DNA from: an uncultured Parabacteroides sp.
GTDB lineage: Bacteria > Bacteroidota > Bacteroidia > Bacteroidales > Tannerellaceae
Direction: 5' to 3'
NCBI GenBank assembly: GCA_900541965.1
Contig: UQLN01000002.1
Span: 16,547 to 80,546 of the forward strand
DNA: 64,000 bases
The notes under the pieces were generated by a model, which worked only from the letters and a program-made list of their open reading frames with translations, ran no database searches and was not told the DNA's origin. This document shows positions 1 to 10,313 of this stretch, piece after piece; position 1 is the stretch's first letter, and each line of letters starts with the position of its first letter. The position numbers and the translations under genes were made by a program.

Positions 1-1
1 A

Positions 2-874
2 TACGGAGAATTATTCTTATGGAAAGCAAATAAGAATAATGAGATACAACAGGAAATAATATTCAGTAACCCGGCTTTTGATTTTCGCAAAGTAGTAGTC
101 TACAAAGAAAATATCTACGCACTATCTTATAGAGGTACTTTACTCCATATCGATAAAAATAAAAAGCAGGAAGAGATACCTCTTAATCTGACAGCCCCAA
201 TAGGAATGCTATTTAACAACAATAAAGTATACATTGCCTCTAAAAAAGGAGATATTCAAGTTACCAAGCCGGGCAGATGGAATTTCCAATCCATCTATAC
301 TCATCCCCATCCTATCACCTTTTTCGATATAACAGAAGACGGAATGATATTGGGAGACAACCGGGGAGGCGTATACTTATTGGATGAACAGGGAAAAATC
401 TCGCTTATTTGGAATAAAGTAGAACAAACTGTTACTTACGTCTTATCAAACCGGCAAGAAGGAGTTCAAGCTATCGGATATAAAAACGGGCTTATCCTTT
501 ACCGTAATCCCAAAGAGAATAATTTTAAGGAACTGATCGGGCACATCTCATCCATCACCCGGATAAAATATATCAACAACAAGCTCTTAAGCAGCAGCTA
601 TGACGGTTCAGTCCGCCTCTGGAATAAAATCAACGACAAAGACAAAGTAGAATCAGCCATTGTATACCAACCCTCCGAATGGATACATGTATTCACCATT
701 GCCAGGGACAGCAAACGTATTTTCGTAGGAGACGAAAAAGGAAACCTGAGCACAGTATCCATCTCCCCCAAACAGATGGCAGAACATATCAAAGAAGCAC
801 TCAAACGGAATTTCACCCGGGAAGAATGGCTATATTATATAGGCGAACTAAATGAATATGAAACGTACAAATAA
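2..874 (+). CDS. WD40-like beta-propeller repeat protein. The 5' end is truncated by the window start: the reading frame stays open back to base 2.
   Basis: The ORF at 206..874 has no stop codon upstream in the same frame back to the window start. It shows repeated motifs typical of WD40/beta-propeller folds (GxxxLWN, SSSYDGSVRLWN). Its stop overlaps the start of the sensor kinase gene. Confidence 0.5.
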   Translation, partial: YGELFLWKANKNNEIQQEIIFSNPAFDFRKVVVYKENIYALSYRGTLLHIDKNKKQEEIPLNLTAPIGMLFNNNKVYIASKKGDIQVTKPGRWNFQSIYTHPHPITFFDITEDGMILGDNRGGVYLLDEQGKISLIWNKVEQTVTYVLSNRQEGVQAIGYKNGLILYRNPKENNFKELIGHISSITRIKYINNKLLSSSYDGSVRLWNKINDKDKVESAIVYQPSEWIHVFTIARDSKRIFVGDEKGNLSTVSISPKQMAEHIKEALKRNFTREEWLYYIGELNEYETYK

Positions 875-3866
875 CATACGGGAATATAGGTCTATCATCA
901 TTCTACTGATAGTCTGGGCAGGAACATACTCTCCGGTGTTTGCCCAGATGGGGCTTCCTTTCTTCCAGAATTTTACGTCTCAGGACTATTTGGCGCATAA
1001 CCGGAATTTCGATGTAGTCTGCGATTCTTCAGGCATAGCCTATTTCGCCAACTTTGAAGGAATTATTTATTTTAACGGTGCCGAATGGAATAAAATATTG
1101 ACTCCCGGAATCTCACGCATAACCCGCCTGCATGCAGACAGCAATAACCATATTTGGGCAGGGGGACATAATTATATCGGTAAAATAACCGCATCTACCA
1201 ACGGAAGTCCTGTTCTCGAAACCTTTATATCCGACGACATAAAAGGCAAAAATAACATCCGGATCGGTGAGGTGATTCGTATTACGGAGAAAGGAGACTC
1301 CCTTCTATTCTATACACAACAATACAAAATCAGTATCCGGGATGATTCCATTTCTTCCATAGAAAATTTTTCGATTAAAAACATAAAAACAATAAGTGAC
1401 AGGCCTTTACAACTGTCAAAACAACTTCAGGTTATTATAAACGGAACTGCCGGGCTTTCCTTCCTCGATAAAGATGGTAAAAAACTTTTTTCAATGAGTG
1501 AGGCAAACGGTCTATGCAGTAACACTATAAACCGGATAGCCACAGATAACCAGGGCTCATTGTGGGGAGCTACGGATAATGGAATATTCCGAATCAACAC
1601 CCCGTCCTTTTATACCCATTTCACTTCGGGTGAAGGCCTAAGGGGAGAAGTCACCACCCTGTTCCGCCACAAAAAAGACTTTTATGCCGGAACATTACAC
1701 GGACTATTTATTTATAATAAAGAACATTCCCGCTTCGATCCGCTATCTTCCATTACCCAATCGTGCTGGCAACTGAAAGAAAGCCCTTCCGGTACACTAT
1801 ATGCTGCCACCAGCAACGGATTATTCCGAATTAACGGACACAAAGCCGAAATTGTAAGTGATAACAATACATTCAGCTTACAATTCACCCCCTCCGATCC
1901 GCAAATTATTTACACCGGAGAAATCGACGGAATATATTTCCTCAAAGAAAAAAAGAAAAAGAAAATAGCCAATATTGAAAAAGTAATGAAACTGGAGTTT
2001 GCCTACAACCGGCTTTGGGCAGAAACTTTATATGGTGAAATTTACCGGTTCAATACCGATTTCTCTTCTCCTCTTTTACAGGATTCAACGCAAGGATTAA
2101 AAGCCTCGGGTGGAAACAAAATGTATGTTATAAACCAAGCTATCTATGTATTTTCCCAATATGGTTTCCTGCATTGGGATGAGAACCGGCAACGATTTAT
2201 AAAACAGGCTTCGCCATTAGATTCTTTGATAACAGCCAATACATGGTGGCCGGGGTTATATGCGGAAACTTCCACCGGAAAACAATCGTGGATTACAGGT
2301 GGCGACGGGAAAAGCATTATCACATTTACCAATGGGAAAATAGATAAAGAAAGAAGCCGGACACTACATGCTACTAAAGATTACACAATACGGACCCTTT
2401 ATCCGGAAGAAGACGGAGTTGTATGGCTTGGCGGCGATTTCGGATTAATCAAATTTGATAAAAGACAACCGGATGCAGCTTTTAACCGGAAACCGGAAGT
2501 ATCTATCCGTTGTATCCGTCTGGGAAATGATTCTGTTTATTTCGGAGGAAACAATACCAGCATTGAGCGGGCAGGTATTCTTCCATCCCCTCATTTCAGC
2601 AGTCATATTAAAAATTTTAAATTTATTTTTTCATCAGTAGCAAATGATAAAGTTAATGACGTTTTATACGCCTGTTATCTGGAAGGATTAGACAGCGACT
2701 GGGGACCTTGGGTGGGTTCTTCCGTAAAAGAATACACCAACCTTTCTTTCGGTTCATATACTTTCCATGTCCAAATGATGGATGCTTTCGGGCGGACAAG
2801 TGAAGTAAAGAGTTTTTCGTTTACAATTCAGAAGCCATTCTACCTGAAATGGTACAGCCTGCTGGTTTATACAGGAGTCTTGGTATTGCTAATCCTCTTA
2901 TTCTTCAAATGGAGAACCCGCAAATTACTACAGGAAAAACTACATCTTGAAAATCTGGTGGAGGAACGTACGTTACAAATACGGGAACAGCGGGATGAAA
3001 TTGCAGAAAAGTCTCAAAAACTGGAAACTGCCCTGACAGAACTGAACCAGGCGCAGGACCAACTGATACAACAGGAAAAAGTCGCTACAGTGGGGAAACT
3101 TACCCATGGATTAATAGACCGCATACTGAATCCGTTGAACTACATTATCAATTTCTCTCATTTGTCGACCGTACTCCTGAAAGACATGAAAGATGACATT
3201 GAAGACGAGGAAAATAAAATTACGGAAGATAATTATGAAGATATGCAGGAAATTATGAAGATGTTGAATGTTCACCTTTCCAAAATAGAAGAACATGGAA
3301 ACAGTACCTCCCGTATCCTGAAAGCGATGGAAGAGATATTGTCTGACCACAGTTGCCATTTTTCTTCATTCGATATAAATAAACAAATACATAACAATCT
3401 CAATTTATTAAAGAAACAGTTCCAAAAGGAATTAGAGAAAACAAATATTCGATTTACAGTCGAACCATTGGCAGAAGCTATAGAAATCGAAGCTGATCAA
3501 TCGCAAATCAGCAAGGTGTTAATGAACATCATGCAAAACAGCATCTATGCACTCCAAAAGAAAATTGCAAAAACAAATTTCCAGCCGGAAATACATATCC
3601 GATTAAGTGTAGAGGAAGAACAATTATTCATTTATCTGTATGACAATGGCATAGGCATAGAAAGAAATATTCTTAATAAAGTATTCGACCCGTTCTTTAC
3701 GACAAAAACAACTTCCGAAGCTGCAGGTGTGGGACTTTATCTGAGCCGGGAAATCCTTTTAAGCCATAATGGAACAATTAAAGTACAATCCGAAAAAGAC
3801 GAGTATACCGAATTTATTTTATCAATTCCCATACATCAACCCATTAAACCTAAAAGCAATGGATAA
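852..3866 (+). CDS. Sensor histidine kinase with an N-terminal signal peptide, a periplasmic two-component-regulator propeller / Y_Y_Y-type domain, one TM helix, a coiled coil and a C-terminal HATPase. It has no receiver or AraC output domain.
   Basis: 1004 aa. The signal peptide ends ...PVFAQ. A long beta-propeller-like region is followed by the TM segment WYSLLVYTGVLVLLILLFF and a coiled coil (LQEKLHLENLVEERTLQIREQRDEIAEKSQKLETAL). A candidate H-box reads KLTHGLIDRILNPLN. The C-terminus carries ATPase G-boxes (DNGIGIERNILNKVFDPFFTTKT...GVGLYLSREI). The protein ends right after HATPase. Confidence 0.75.
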   Translation: MNMKRTNNIREYRSIIILLIVWAGTYSPVFAQMGLPFFQNFTSQDYLAHNRNFDVVCDSSGIAYFANFEGIIYFNGAEWNKILTPGISRITRLHADSNNHIWAGGHNYIGKITASTNGSPVLETFISDDIKGKNNIRIGEVIRITEKGDSLLFYTQQYKISIRDDSISSIENFSIKNIKTISDRPLQLSKQLQVIINGTAGLSFLDKDGKKLFSMSEANGLCSNTINRIATDNQGSLWGATDNGIFRINTPSFYTHFTSGEGLRGEVTTLFRHKKDFYAGTLHGLFIYNKEHSRFDPLSSITQSCWQLKESPSGTLYAATSNGLFRINGHKAEIVSDNNTFSLQFTPSDPQIIYTGEIDGIYFLKEKKKKKIANIEKVMKLEFAYNRLWAETLYGEIYRFNTDFSSPLLQDSTQGLKASGGNKMYVINQAIYVFSQYGFLHWDENRQRFIKQASPLDSLITANTWWPGLYAETSTGKQSWITGGDGKSIITFTNGKIDKERSRTLHATKDYTIRTLYPEEDGVVWLGGDFGLIKFDKRQPDAAFNRKPEVSIRCIRLGNDSVYFGGNNTSIERAGILPSPHFSSHIKNFKFIFSSVANDKVNDVLYACYLEGLDSDWGPWVGSSVKEYTNLSFGSYTFHVQMMDAFGRTSEVKSFSFTIQKPFYLKWYSLLVYTGVLVLLILLFFKWRTRKLLQEKLHLENLVEERTLQIREQRDEIAEKSQKLETALTELNQAQDQLIQQEKVATVGKLTHGLIDRILNPLNYIINFSHLSTVLLKDMKDDIEDEENKITEDNYEDMQEIMKMLNVHLSKIEEHGNSTSRILKAMEEILSDHSCHFSSFDINKQIHNNLNLLKKQFQKELEKTNIRFTVEPLAEAIEIEADQSQISKVLMNIMQNSIYALQKKIAKTNFQPEIHIRLSVEEEQLFIYLYDNGIGIERNILNKVFDPFFTTKTTSEAAGVGLYLSREILLSHNGTIKVQSEKDEYTEFILSIPIHQPIKPKSNG

Positions 3867-6258
3867 AACACTCCTATACATAATATCTTTTCTGCTTTTC
3901 CTTTCTCTTCCCGCTTTCGCCCAAGAGAGTGATGTAAGTAAAAGGGAACAGCTTCTCCAAGCAACCGAGGAATACCAGGTAGGACATATCGACAAGGCAA
4001 TCGATATGCTGACACCCTATGTTTCTTCGTATAACGGCACTATAAAAGTAAGTGCTTATAAACTGCTTACTTTATGCTATCTGGCACAAGATGATGCAGA
4101 GAATGCGAACAGATATGCAGACCTTCTTTTGAAAGAAGACCCTTATTATAGTATTTCCCTTCAGGACCCGGAACGCTTTGCCGAATTAATCCGCAACAAA
4201 CGGGATGGTAAAACAACTTTAGTAACCGCCTCCCAACAGGCGGAAACTCTTGAAGAGGCTCCCGTTCCTATCGTCCTGATTACGGAAGACATGATAAAAG
4301 CAATCGGAGCACGGGATTTACGGGATGTATTAACAGCCTATGTCCCAGGAATAACTTCCATTGAGGGAGACCAGGCTAATATCAGTATGCATGGCATTTA
4401 CTCTCCTACCCAGGAAAAGATACTGATTATGCTAAACGGCCACCGGATGAACAGCCGCATAACAAATGCCGAAGCCCCTGATTTCAGAAACAGCCTGGAT
4501 AAGATAAAACGGATAGAAGTACTCCGTGGACCTGCCTCTTCCTTATATGGGAATGTTGCCTTAACAGCAGTTGTCAATATTATCACTAAGTCAGGAAGTG
4601 ATATTAACGGAGCTTATGCCTCGTATGGAATGGGAAGTAATTCCACTTTCAGGGGAGACATATTGTTCGGACGTAGAAACTTGGATACGGATATTTTGGT
4701 TTGGGGGTCTATTTATTCATCCAAAGGAGAAACACGGCACATATCGAGTACGGATGATGATTTCTGGGGCTTTATTCCTATTGACGGATCTATACAGATA
4801 GATGGTTTCAACCATAAACCGGCCTACGACTTTGGAGTTATTTTCAAATGGAATAAAATAAAAGCAATGTTCAACCAACAATATAGCAAAAGGGTTCCCT
4901 CTTATGCTTATGCTGTTTTTATTCCTTCAATTTATTCATATGATAAATATCGCACTTTTAACGGGGCAAAGCCCGGACAAGGCCGTTTATCCACCAGAGG
5001 AGAAATTTCTTATTCCGATAGCCGGAATAATTTTACCTGGGACGTTTCCTTATTTATTGATGCAGATGAATGCTCTAATTATAATGTCACAGGAGATACG
5101 TTGCCTCCATTCACTATAGATAGCCTTGTTGCCATTAAAACATCAAAAGATAGTCTACTCTTCTTGACATCGGGAGTATTCCAAATAGAGAATTGGAGAG
5201 ACTTGAGTTATGGAGGGTGTATCAAGGGAAGCTACAGTTACTGCTCCGGTAAAAAAGCTCATGGAAATATTTTAGTGGGCGTTCAAATAGAAAATTATAA
5301 AATGCAAGAATATATAAACTTAACAGGAGGATTGTTTAATCAGATTAAGACCAATAACCCTGATGATACGAACAATCATACTCTTGCTTTAGGCAGCGAA
5401 TTTAGTTTTTCCATATTCAGCCAGTTAAAGCATCACTTCAATTCCAAATTTATTTTCAACGGAGGATTACGCTATGATTATAAACACAGATATGACCACC
5501 AGATACTTCAGGCATTTTCTCCGCGGATCTCCTTTATTTATTCCATCAATAAAATATGGAATATGAAATTAGGATATTCCCATTCTTTCGTAGATGCACC
5601 CTATTACTATCGTGCATCCGGTATGCATTTCGACAACCTGAAACCGGAAAGCATGGATGCTATTCAATTATCGGCAACAGCCCTGTTCAAGCATCTTCAT
5701 CTTACCTACGATTGTAATCTATATTATAACCAACTAAGTAACATTATTCATAAGGAAAGTTTTCTTTATTATAATACGGGAAAACTTGATCTGATAGGTA
5801 TAGAGAATGTGCTTTCTTATACAGACAAAAATTTAATGGTCACATACAATATGTCTTACCAACATGTCTTGAATGCAGAGCATTATACTTCTAATAAACA
5901 CCAAATTTATAATATTCCTTCATTTTCAGGAAACCTAATCGCAGCAGCAAAGATTTTTTCTTTACCACATGAACAATCATTTTGGCTACGCGGAAATTTA
6001 TCTATTTATTCCTCACAACTATCACCTATTTTAGGATCTAAAGATATATATTCTATTATTTCTTTACCAGATAATAGAGAAAAAGCTCGTGCCATCCTGA
6101 ATATCGGAGGTAGTTACCACTGGAAAAAATTAGAATTAAGTGTCCAATGCTATAACCTCCTTAATACACATTACCGACAAGGAGGCTCCTCTTTAACGCA
6201 TGATATTCCACAACAAGGAAGAAGTTTTCTTGCTAAAATAGCCTATACTATACAATAA
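3859..6258 (+). CDS. TonB-dependent outer membrane receptor with an N-terminal TPR-like segment.
   Basis: I moved the start to the internal ATG at 3859, which gives a signal peptide (MDKTLLYIISFLLFLSLPAFAQ). The start in the ORF track would overlap the kinase by ~100 nt. TPR-like helices come first. A TonB-receptor plug follows (EEAPVPIVLITEDMIKAIGARDLRDVLTAYVPGITSIEGD...IEVLRGPASSLYGNVALTAVVNIITK). The remainder is long and beta-rich. Confidence 0.65.
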   Translation: MDKTLLYIISFLLFLSLPAFAQESDVSKREQLLQATEEYQVGHIDKAIDMLTPYVSSYNGTIKVSAYKLLTLCYLAQDDAENANRYADLLLKEDPYYSISLQDPERFAELIRNKRDGKTTLVTASQQAETLEEAPVPIVLITEDMIKAIGARDLRDVLTAYVPGITSIEGDQANISMHGIYSPTQEKILIMLNGHRMNSRITNAEAPDFRNSLDKIKRIEVLRGPASSLYGNVALTAVVNIITKSGSDINGAYASYGMGSNSTFRGDILFGRRNLDTDILVWGSIYSSKGETRHISSTDDDFWGFIPIDGSIQIDGFNHKPAYDFGVIFKWNKIKAMFNQQYSKRVPSYAYAVFIPSIYSYDKYRTFNGAKPGQGRLSTRGEISYSDSRNNFTWDVSLFIDADECSNYNVTGDTLPPFTIDSLVAIKTSKDSLLFLTSGVFQIENWRDLSYGGCIKGSYSYCSGKKAHGNILVGVQIENYKMQEYINLTGGLFNQIKTNNPDDTNNHTLALGSEFSFSIFSQLKHHFNSKFIFNGGLRYDYKHRYDHQILQAFSPRISFIYSINKIWNMKLGYSHSFVDAPYYYRASGMHFDNLKPESMDAIQLSATALFKHLHLTYDCNLYYNQLSNIIHKESFLYYNTGKLDLIGIENVLSYTDKNLMVTYNMSYQHVLNAEHYTSNKHQIYNIPSFSGNLIAAAKIFSLPHEQSFWLRGNLSIYSSQLSPILGSKDIYSIISLPDNREKARAILNIGGSYHWKKLELSVQCYNLLNTHYRQGGSSLTHDIPQQGRSFLAKIAYTIQ

Positions 6259-6347
6259 GTAAAAGCAGATAACAGGAAAAGAATGTCGGTGCGATTGAAA
6301 TACCGACAACCGTCACTCGAGCTGAATCTGAACCAAATGGCACAAAT

Positions 6348-6851
6348 GTGATTACCCAATCTTGCGGTCAGTTATTTCAGTGGGGACGTAAATTCGGATT
6401 TGAGAATACGAATGATGAGACTTACACTAATGAGCAAACATTTAACGGAGCAACGGAGTCACTTGGTTACCCAAAAGGCGAGGATGCTGTTGCTGAGATG
6501 ATTGATGGCGAATGGTGGGCTATCGGTGCCGGGAATAATTCTGTAACCAAAGACTGGGATTCTACCAATCATTTACTGACTATTGCCGGTGCAGAAAGCG
6601 ACCAGAAACTTATTTTGCCTGCTGCGGGCCAGCGTAACTACAGTTCCGGCGCTTCCAAGGCAGAATACAGTGCCATAAAACAGCTTCGTCCATATACGGA
6701 AGCAGGAAACAGCACTGTATTCCCTCTCCGTATCGGTACGAAAGCAGGACATAGCACTATTTTATACCTCCGTAGCAGTACGGAAGCACTAAATAGCACT
6801 AAAAAGCCCTTCCGTACCAATACGAAAGCACAAAATAGTGCCATAAAGTAG
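6348..6851 (+). pseudogene. Probable gene remnant (lipoprotein-like fragment) whose 3' end runs into the 42-bp tandem repeat array. Unlikely to be a functional gene.
   Basis: The ORF lacks an upstream signal peptide or RBS context. Its first ~100 aa look protein-like (LFQWGRKFGFENTNDETYTNEQTFNGATESLGY...DGEWWAIGAGNN). The last ~60 aa are a translation of the tandem repeats. Confidence 0.2.
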
Positions 6852-6955
6852 TTCCGTACTAGTACGGAAGCATAAAATAGTACCAAAAAGCCGTTCCGTA
6901 TCAGTACGGAGGCATAAAATAGTGCCATGTACCCCTTCCGTACCGATACGGAACG
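6685..6955. repeat. Tandem array of about 6.5 copies of a 42-bp unit. Each unit carries a 16-bp near-palindrome TCCGTAnnnnTACGGA, e.g. TCCGTACTAGTACGGA.
   Basis: Direct reading gives consecutive units beginning TCCGTA at 6727, 6769, 6811, 6853, 6895 and 6937, with a degenerate unit from 6685. Unit consensus: TCCGTAyyrGTACGGAAGCAyAAAATAGTGCCAwAAAGCCnT. Confidence 0.85.
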
Positions 6956-7304
6956 TTTTCTTTCATAATTTATGCACTTAAAAAAACAGTATCCACATGG
7001 CTAAAATTCAAAAAAGTGCAAAGATTGAATATCAACACGCATACGCCCTAAAGCACCAACAAATCACTAATTATCAAACTGTTAAATATTACACAAATTG
7101 TAATTATTTTATTGCCTGAGACAATTTTTTATTATTTTTGCATCGTTTTCACCCTTAATTTATTCAATTTTTAAACTATATAAAAACGATAATAATACCA
7201 TAAAAAAACAACAATGCTGTAAAATTCAACAGCTATAGCCCATATAAATATTACCAACCCGATTATAAAAGAAAAACAATTTAATAATACAAGTATTTTA
7301 AACT

Positions 7305-10301
7305 ATGAAACAAAAACCCAAACTATTATCTTTTAAAGAAATAGTAAAAGTTCCCATCTGTTGTTTGCTATTCTCCGCATTTTCTGCAAATGCAACAGAA
7401 ATGACATCGAAAACATCAGACCAGTCACAAGCAGCTACCATCACACAACAACAGAAAAAAATCACCGGCATCGTTGTGGACAGCAAAGGAGAACCTGTTA
7501 TCGGAGCAAATGTTGTTATAAAAGGAACCACTAATGGAAATATCACAGATATAGATGGTAATTTCTCATTAGAACAAGTACCAGAACATGCGATTCTCCA
7601 AATCTCATATATCGGCTATAAAACTCAGGAAATACCGGTAAAAAACAAACTTCATTTCGACATAACATTATCAGAAGATTCTGAAACGCTGGATGAAGTA
7701 GTCGTTGTAGGTTATGGCAGTACGGTAAAAAAAGACTTGACCACTGCCGTTACAAGTGTAAAAAGTAAAGATTTCCTTCAGGGCGCCTCTAACAGCCCGA
7801 TGCAAATGATTGACGGCAAAGTGGCTGGGGTAAGTGTATCAAGCACTGCTGCTGCCGACCCGAATGCCAGCCCGAGTGTACAAGTCCGCGGTGCGTCTTC
7901 ACTGAAAGCAGGAAACGGCCCGCTGGTCGTTATCGATGGTATGCCGGGTGGCGACCTTCGTAATCTGGCCCAACAGGATATTGAATCCATCACCGTTTTG
8001 AAAGACGGTTCTGCTGCGGCTATCTACGGTTCACGTGGAGCAAATGGGGTTATCCTGGTGCAGACCAAACAAGGTAAATCCGGCAGAGTTTCTATTACAT
8101 ATGATGGATATATTGAACATGATTTTGTTGCTGCACGTCCGGATATTCTGTCTCCCGATGAATTTGTAGAACATAAAATCGGGAAAGATTACGGACATCG
8201 TACAAAATGGTATGACGAATTGCTTAACAAAAAGAACGTTGGCCATAACCATAATATCGCACTTTCCGGAGGTAGCGAAACAACTATTTTCCGTATATCC
8301 GCAAACTACAGAGGCAAAGAAGGTTTGGATATTGCAAGCGACCGTAAAGAATACGGCTTGCGTGCAAACTTCAAACAAACTACCTTGGAAGGATTACTGG
8401 AAGTCGGAGGTAATATCTCTTATCGCTATGCGGATGAAGATTATACGGACTACGGAAGTTTCAAACAGGCTGTAGAACTGAACCCTACTTATTCCATTGA
8501 AGAAATGGATGCTTTCCGTAATAACCACGATAGCTACAATCCGATTTACAACTTGACTCGCCGTATAAATGGAGCAACTCAGGAATATATCACGACAGAT
8601 TTCAACATCAAACTGAATATTCTGAAAAACCTGAATACCGAACTCAAATTAGGACGTCAGGGTACAAATAAAAAACAACGTGAGTATTATTTCAAAGACC
8701 ATCGCGAATCCATCAATAACAGCCGTAACGGACGTGCGCGCCTGGAAGACCAGAAATGGGTGGATTATACTTTGGAATGGTTAGGAAACTACTCTTTGGA
8801 CATCGACAAACATCATATCAAAGTAATGGCCGGTTATTCCTATCAGGAATTCAACTGGGAAAGATTATACGCTGAAAATATGAATTTCCCGACAGATGTT
8901 TTCTTGTACAATAATCTGGATGCAGGAGATTATAACAAAGCAGAAGGACGTTTAGGTATGGGCTCTGATAAAAATCAGGAAAAAACAATCGCTTTCCTGG
9001 GACGTGTGAACTATGATTTCGACAACACATTCCTCTTTACGGGTTCTCTCCGTTATGAAGGAAATACCAAGTTCGGGACAAACCACAAATGGGGAGCTTT
9101 CCCGGCAGCTTCTGCCGCATGGCGTATTTCCCGTTTACCTTATTTTGAAGATTCTTATACGGTCAACGACTTGAAACTTCGTTTTTCTTATGGCGAAACA
9201 GGACGTTCAGGATTTGATAAATATATTTCTCTTGCCAAATATTCCGGATACGGATGGATGCCGAACAGCGAAGGGAAATGGGTTCAGGTGTATGGTCCGG
9301 GCAACAACCCGAATACGAATCTGTCATGGGAACGTCAGATTTCTTACAACTTAGGTATCGATTACACCTTATTCCAATCTACTCTGACCGGTAGTTTAGA
9401 TTTATTCATCCGTAAAGGGAAAGATGTTATCGGTGAATACCAGGTCCCGGTTCCTCCGTATTTGCATGAAAAAATCATGACGAATGTAGGTACTACCAAC
9501 TCAAAAGGGTTTGAGTTACAAATGAACTGGGATGCTGTAAGAGCGAAAGACTTTACCTATTCAACGAATGTAACTCTGGCATATACCAAATCAAAACTGA
9601 CTTCATTCTCCAATGAAAAATATGAATTAGGCTATATGGAAGGCGAAGGCCTGCCTTCACCGGGTAACCCCGGTCCGTGCCAACGTTTGCAGGATGGCAT
9701 TGAAATAGGCTCATTCTATGGCTATCGGTATGCCGGAGTAGATAATGATGGAAATATCCTTGTTTACAAAAACGGGGAAAAAGGAGGTGAAGCTATACGA
9801 GGTCGTGACGCCAGCGAATCGGACAGGACCTATATCGGGAATGGTACTCCCAAGTGGGAGCTTGCCTGGGGTAATAATTTCGCATATAAAGGATTTGACC
9901 TGTCTCTGTATTTCCGCGGACGTTTCGACTATGAAATTTTGAACCAATATCAAATGTATTATGGTTTGCAAGGTGTAACCGGTATCAATAAACTAAGGTC
10001 CGCCTACAATGAAAATGCACATATCAAGGGAGAAAAAATCATGTGCGATTATTTCCTTGATAACGGAAACTTCCTGAAACTCGACAATATAACCATTGGA
10101 TGGACGCCTAAATTGAAAACGAAATGGATTTCCAGCCTGCGCGTTTACGGTACTATTAAAAATGTATTTACCATTACAAAATATTCAGGAGGGATGGACC
10201 CGTCAAGTGTAAACGTTACCGGCCTATGGGCAGGACGTGGTAATATGGACTTATATCCTACTTCCAGAAATCTAACATTCGGTGTTCAAATCAGCTATTA
10301 A
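7305..10301 (+). CDS. susC: SusC/RagA-family TonB-linked outer membrane transporter of polysaccharide utilisation locus 1.
   Basis: 998 aa. It has a signal peptide and an N-terminal carboxypeptidase-regulatory-like domain (GIVVDSKGEPVIGANVVIKGTTNGNITDIDGNFSL). A TonB plug (VVIDGMPGG...ITVLKDGSAAAIYGSRGANGVILVQTK) and a large barrel follow. A SusD-like gene sits 12 nt downstream. Confidence 0.9.
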   Translation: MKQKPKLLSFKEIVKVPICCLLFSAFSANATEMTSKTSDQSQAATITQQQKKITGIVVDSKGEPVIGANVVIKGTTNGNITDIDGNFSLEQVPEHAILQISYIGYKTQEIPVKNKLHFDITLSEDSETLDEVVVVGYGSTVKKDLTTAVTSVKSKDFLQGASNSPMQMIDGKVAGVSVSSTAAADPNASPSVQVRGASSLKAGNGPLVVIDGMPGGDLRNLAQQDIESITVLKDGSAAAIYGSRGANGVILVQTKQGKSGRVSITYDGYIEHDFVAARPDILSPDEFVEHKIGKDYGHRTKWYDELLNKKNVGHNHNIALSGGSETTIFRISANYRGKEGLDIASDRKEYGLRANFKQTTLEGLLEVGGNISYRYADEDYTDYGSFKQAVELNPTYSIEEMDAFRNNHDSYNPIYNLTRRINGATQEYITTDFNIKLNILKNLNTELKLGRQGTNKKQREYYFKDHRESINNSRNGRARLEDQKWVDYTLEWLGNYSLDIDKHHIKVMAGYSYQEFNWERLYAENMNFPTDVFLYNNLDAGDYNKAEGRLGMGSDKNQEKTIAFLGRVNYDFDNTFLFTGSLRYEGNTKFGTNHKWGAFPAASAAWRISRLPYFEDSYTVNDLKLRFSYGETGRSGFDKYISLAKYSGYGWMPNSEGKWVQVYGPGNNPNTNLSWERQISYNLGIDYTLFQSTLTGSLDLFIRKGKDVIGEYQVPVPPYLHEKIMTNVGTTNSKGFELQMNWDAVRAKDFTYSTNVTLAYTKSKLTSFSNEKYELGYMEGEGLPSPGNPGPCQRLQDGIEIGSFYGYRYAGVDNDGNILVYKNGEKGGEAIRGRDASESDRTYIGNGTPKWELAWGNNFAYKGFDLSLYFRGRFDYEILNQYQMYYGLQGVTGINKLRSAYNENAHIKGEKIMCDYFLDNGNFLKLDNITIGWTPKLKTKWISSLRVYGTIKNVFTITKYSGGMDPSSVNVTGLWAGRGNMDLYPTSRNLTFGVQISY

Positions 10302-10313
10302 AAAATAATTCCT

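Noticed and set aside
3769-3858. Upstream start for the TonB-dependent receptor as given by the ORF track (MEQLKYNPKK...).
   Set aside because: It would overlap the kinase gene by ~100 nt and place 30 non-signal residues before a perfect signal peptide. The internal ATG at 3859 was preferred.
6638-6928. 96-aa minus-strand ORF (MALFYASVLIRNGFLVLFYASVLVRN...) with internally repeated peptide.
   Set aside because: It is a frame translation of the 42-bp tandem DNA repeats. The periodic peptide comes from the DNA repeat and not from a real repeat protein. It has no start context.
6685-6955. Possible CRISPR array.
   Set aside because: The 42-bp units abut directly with no unique spacers. There is no cas gene and no leader. 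It is a simple tandem repeat.
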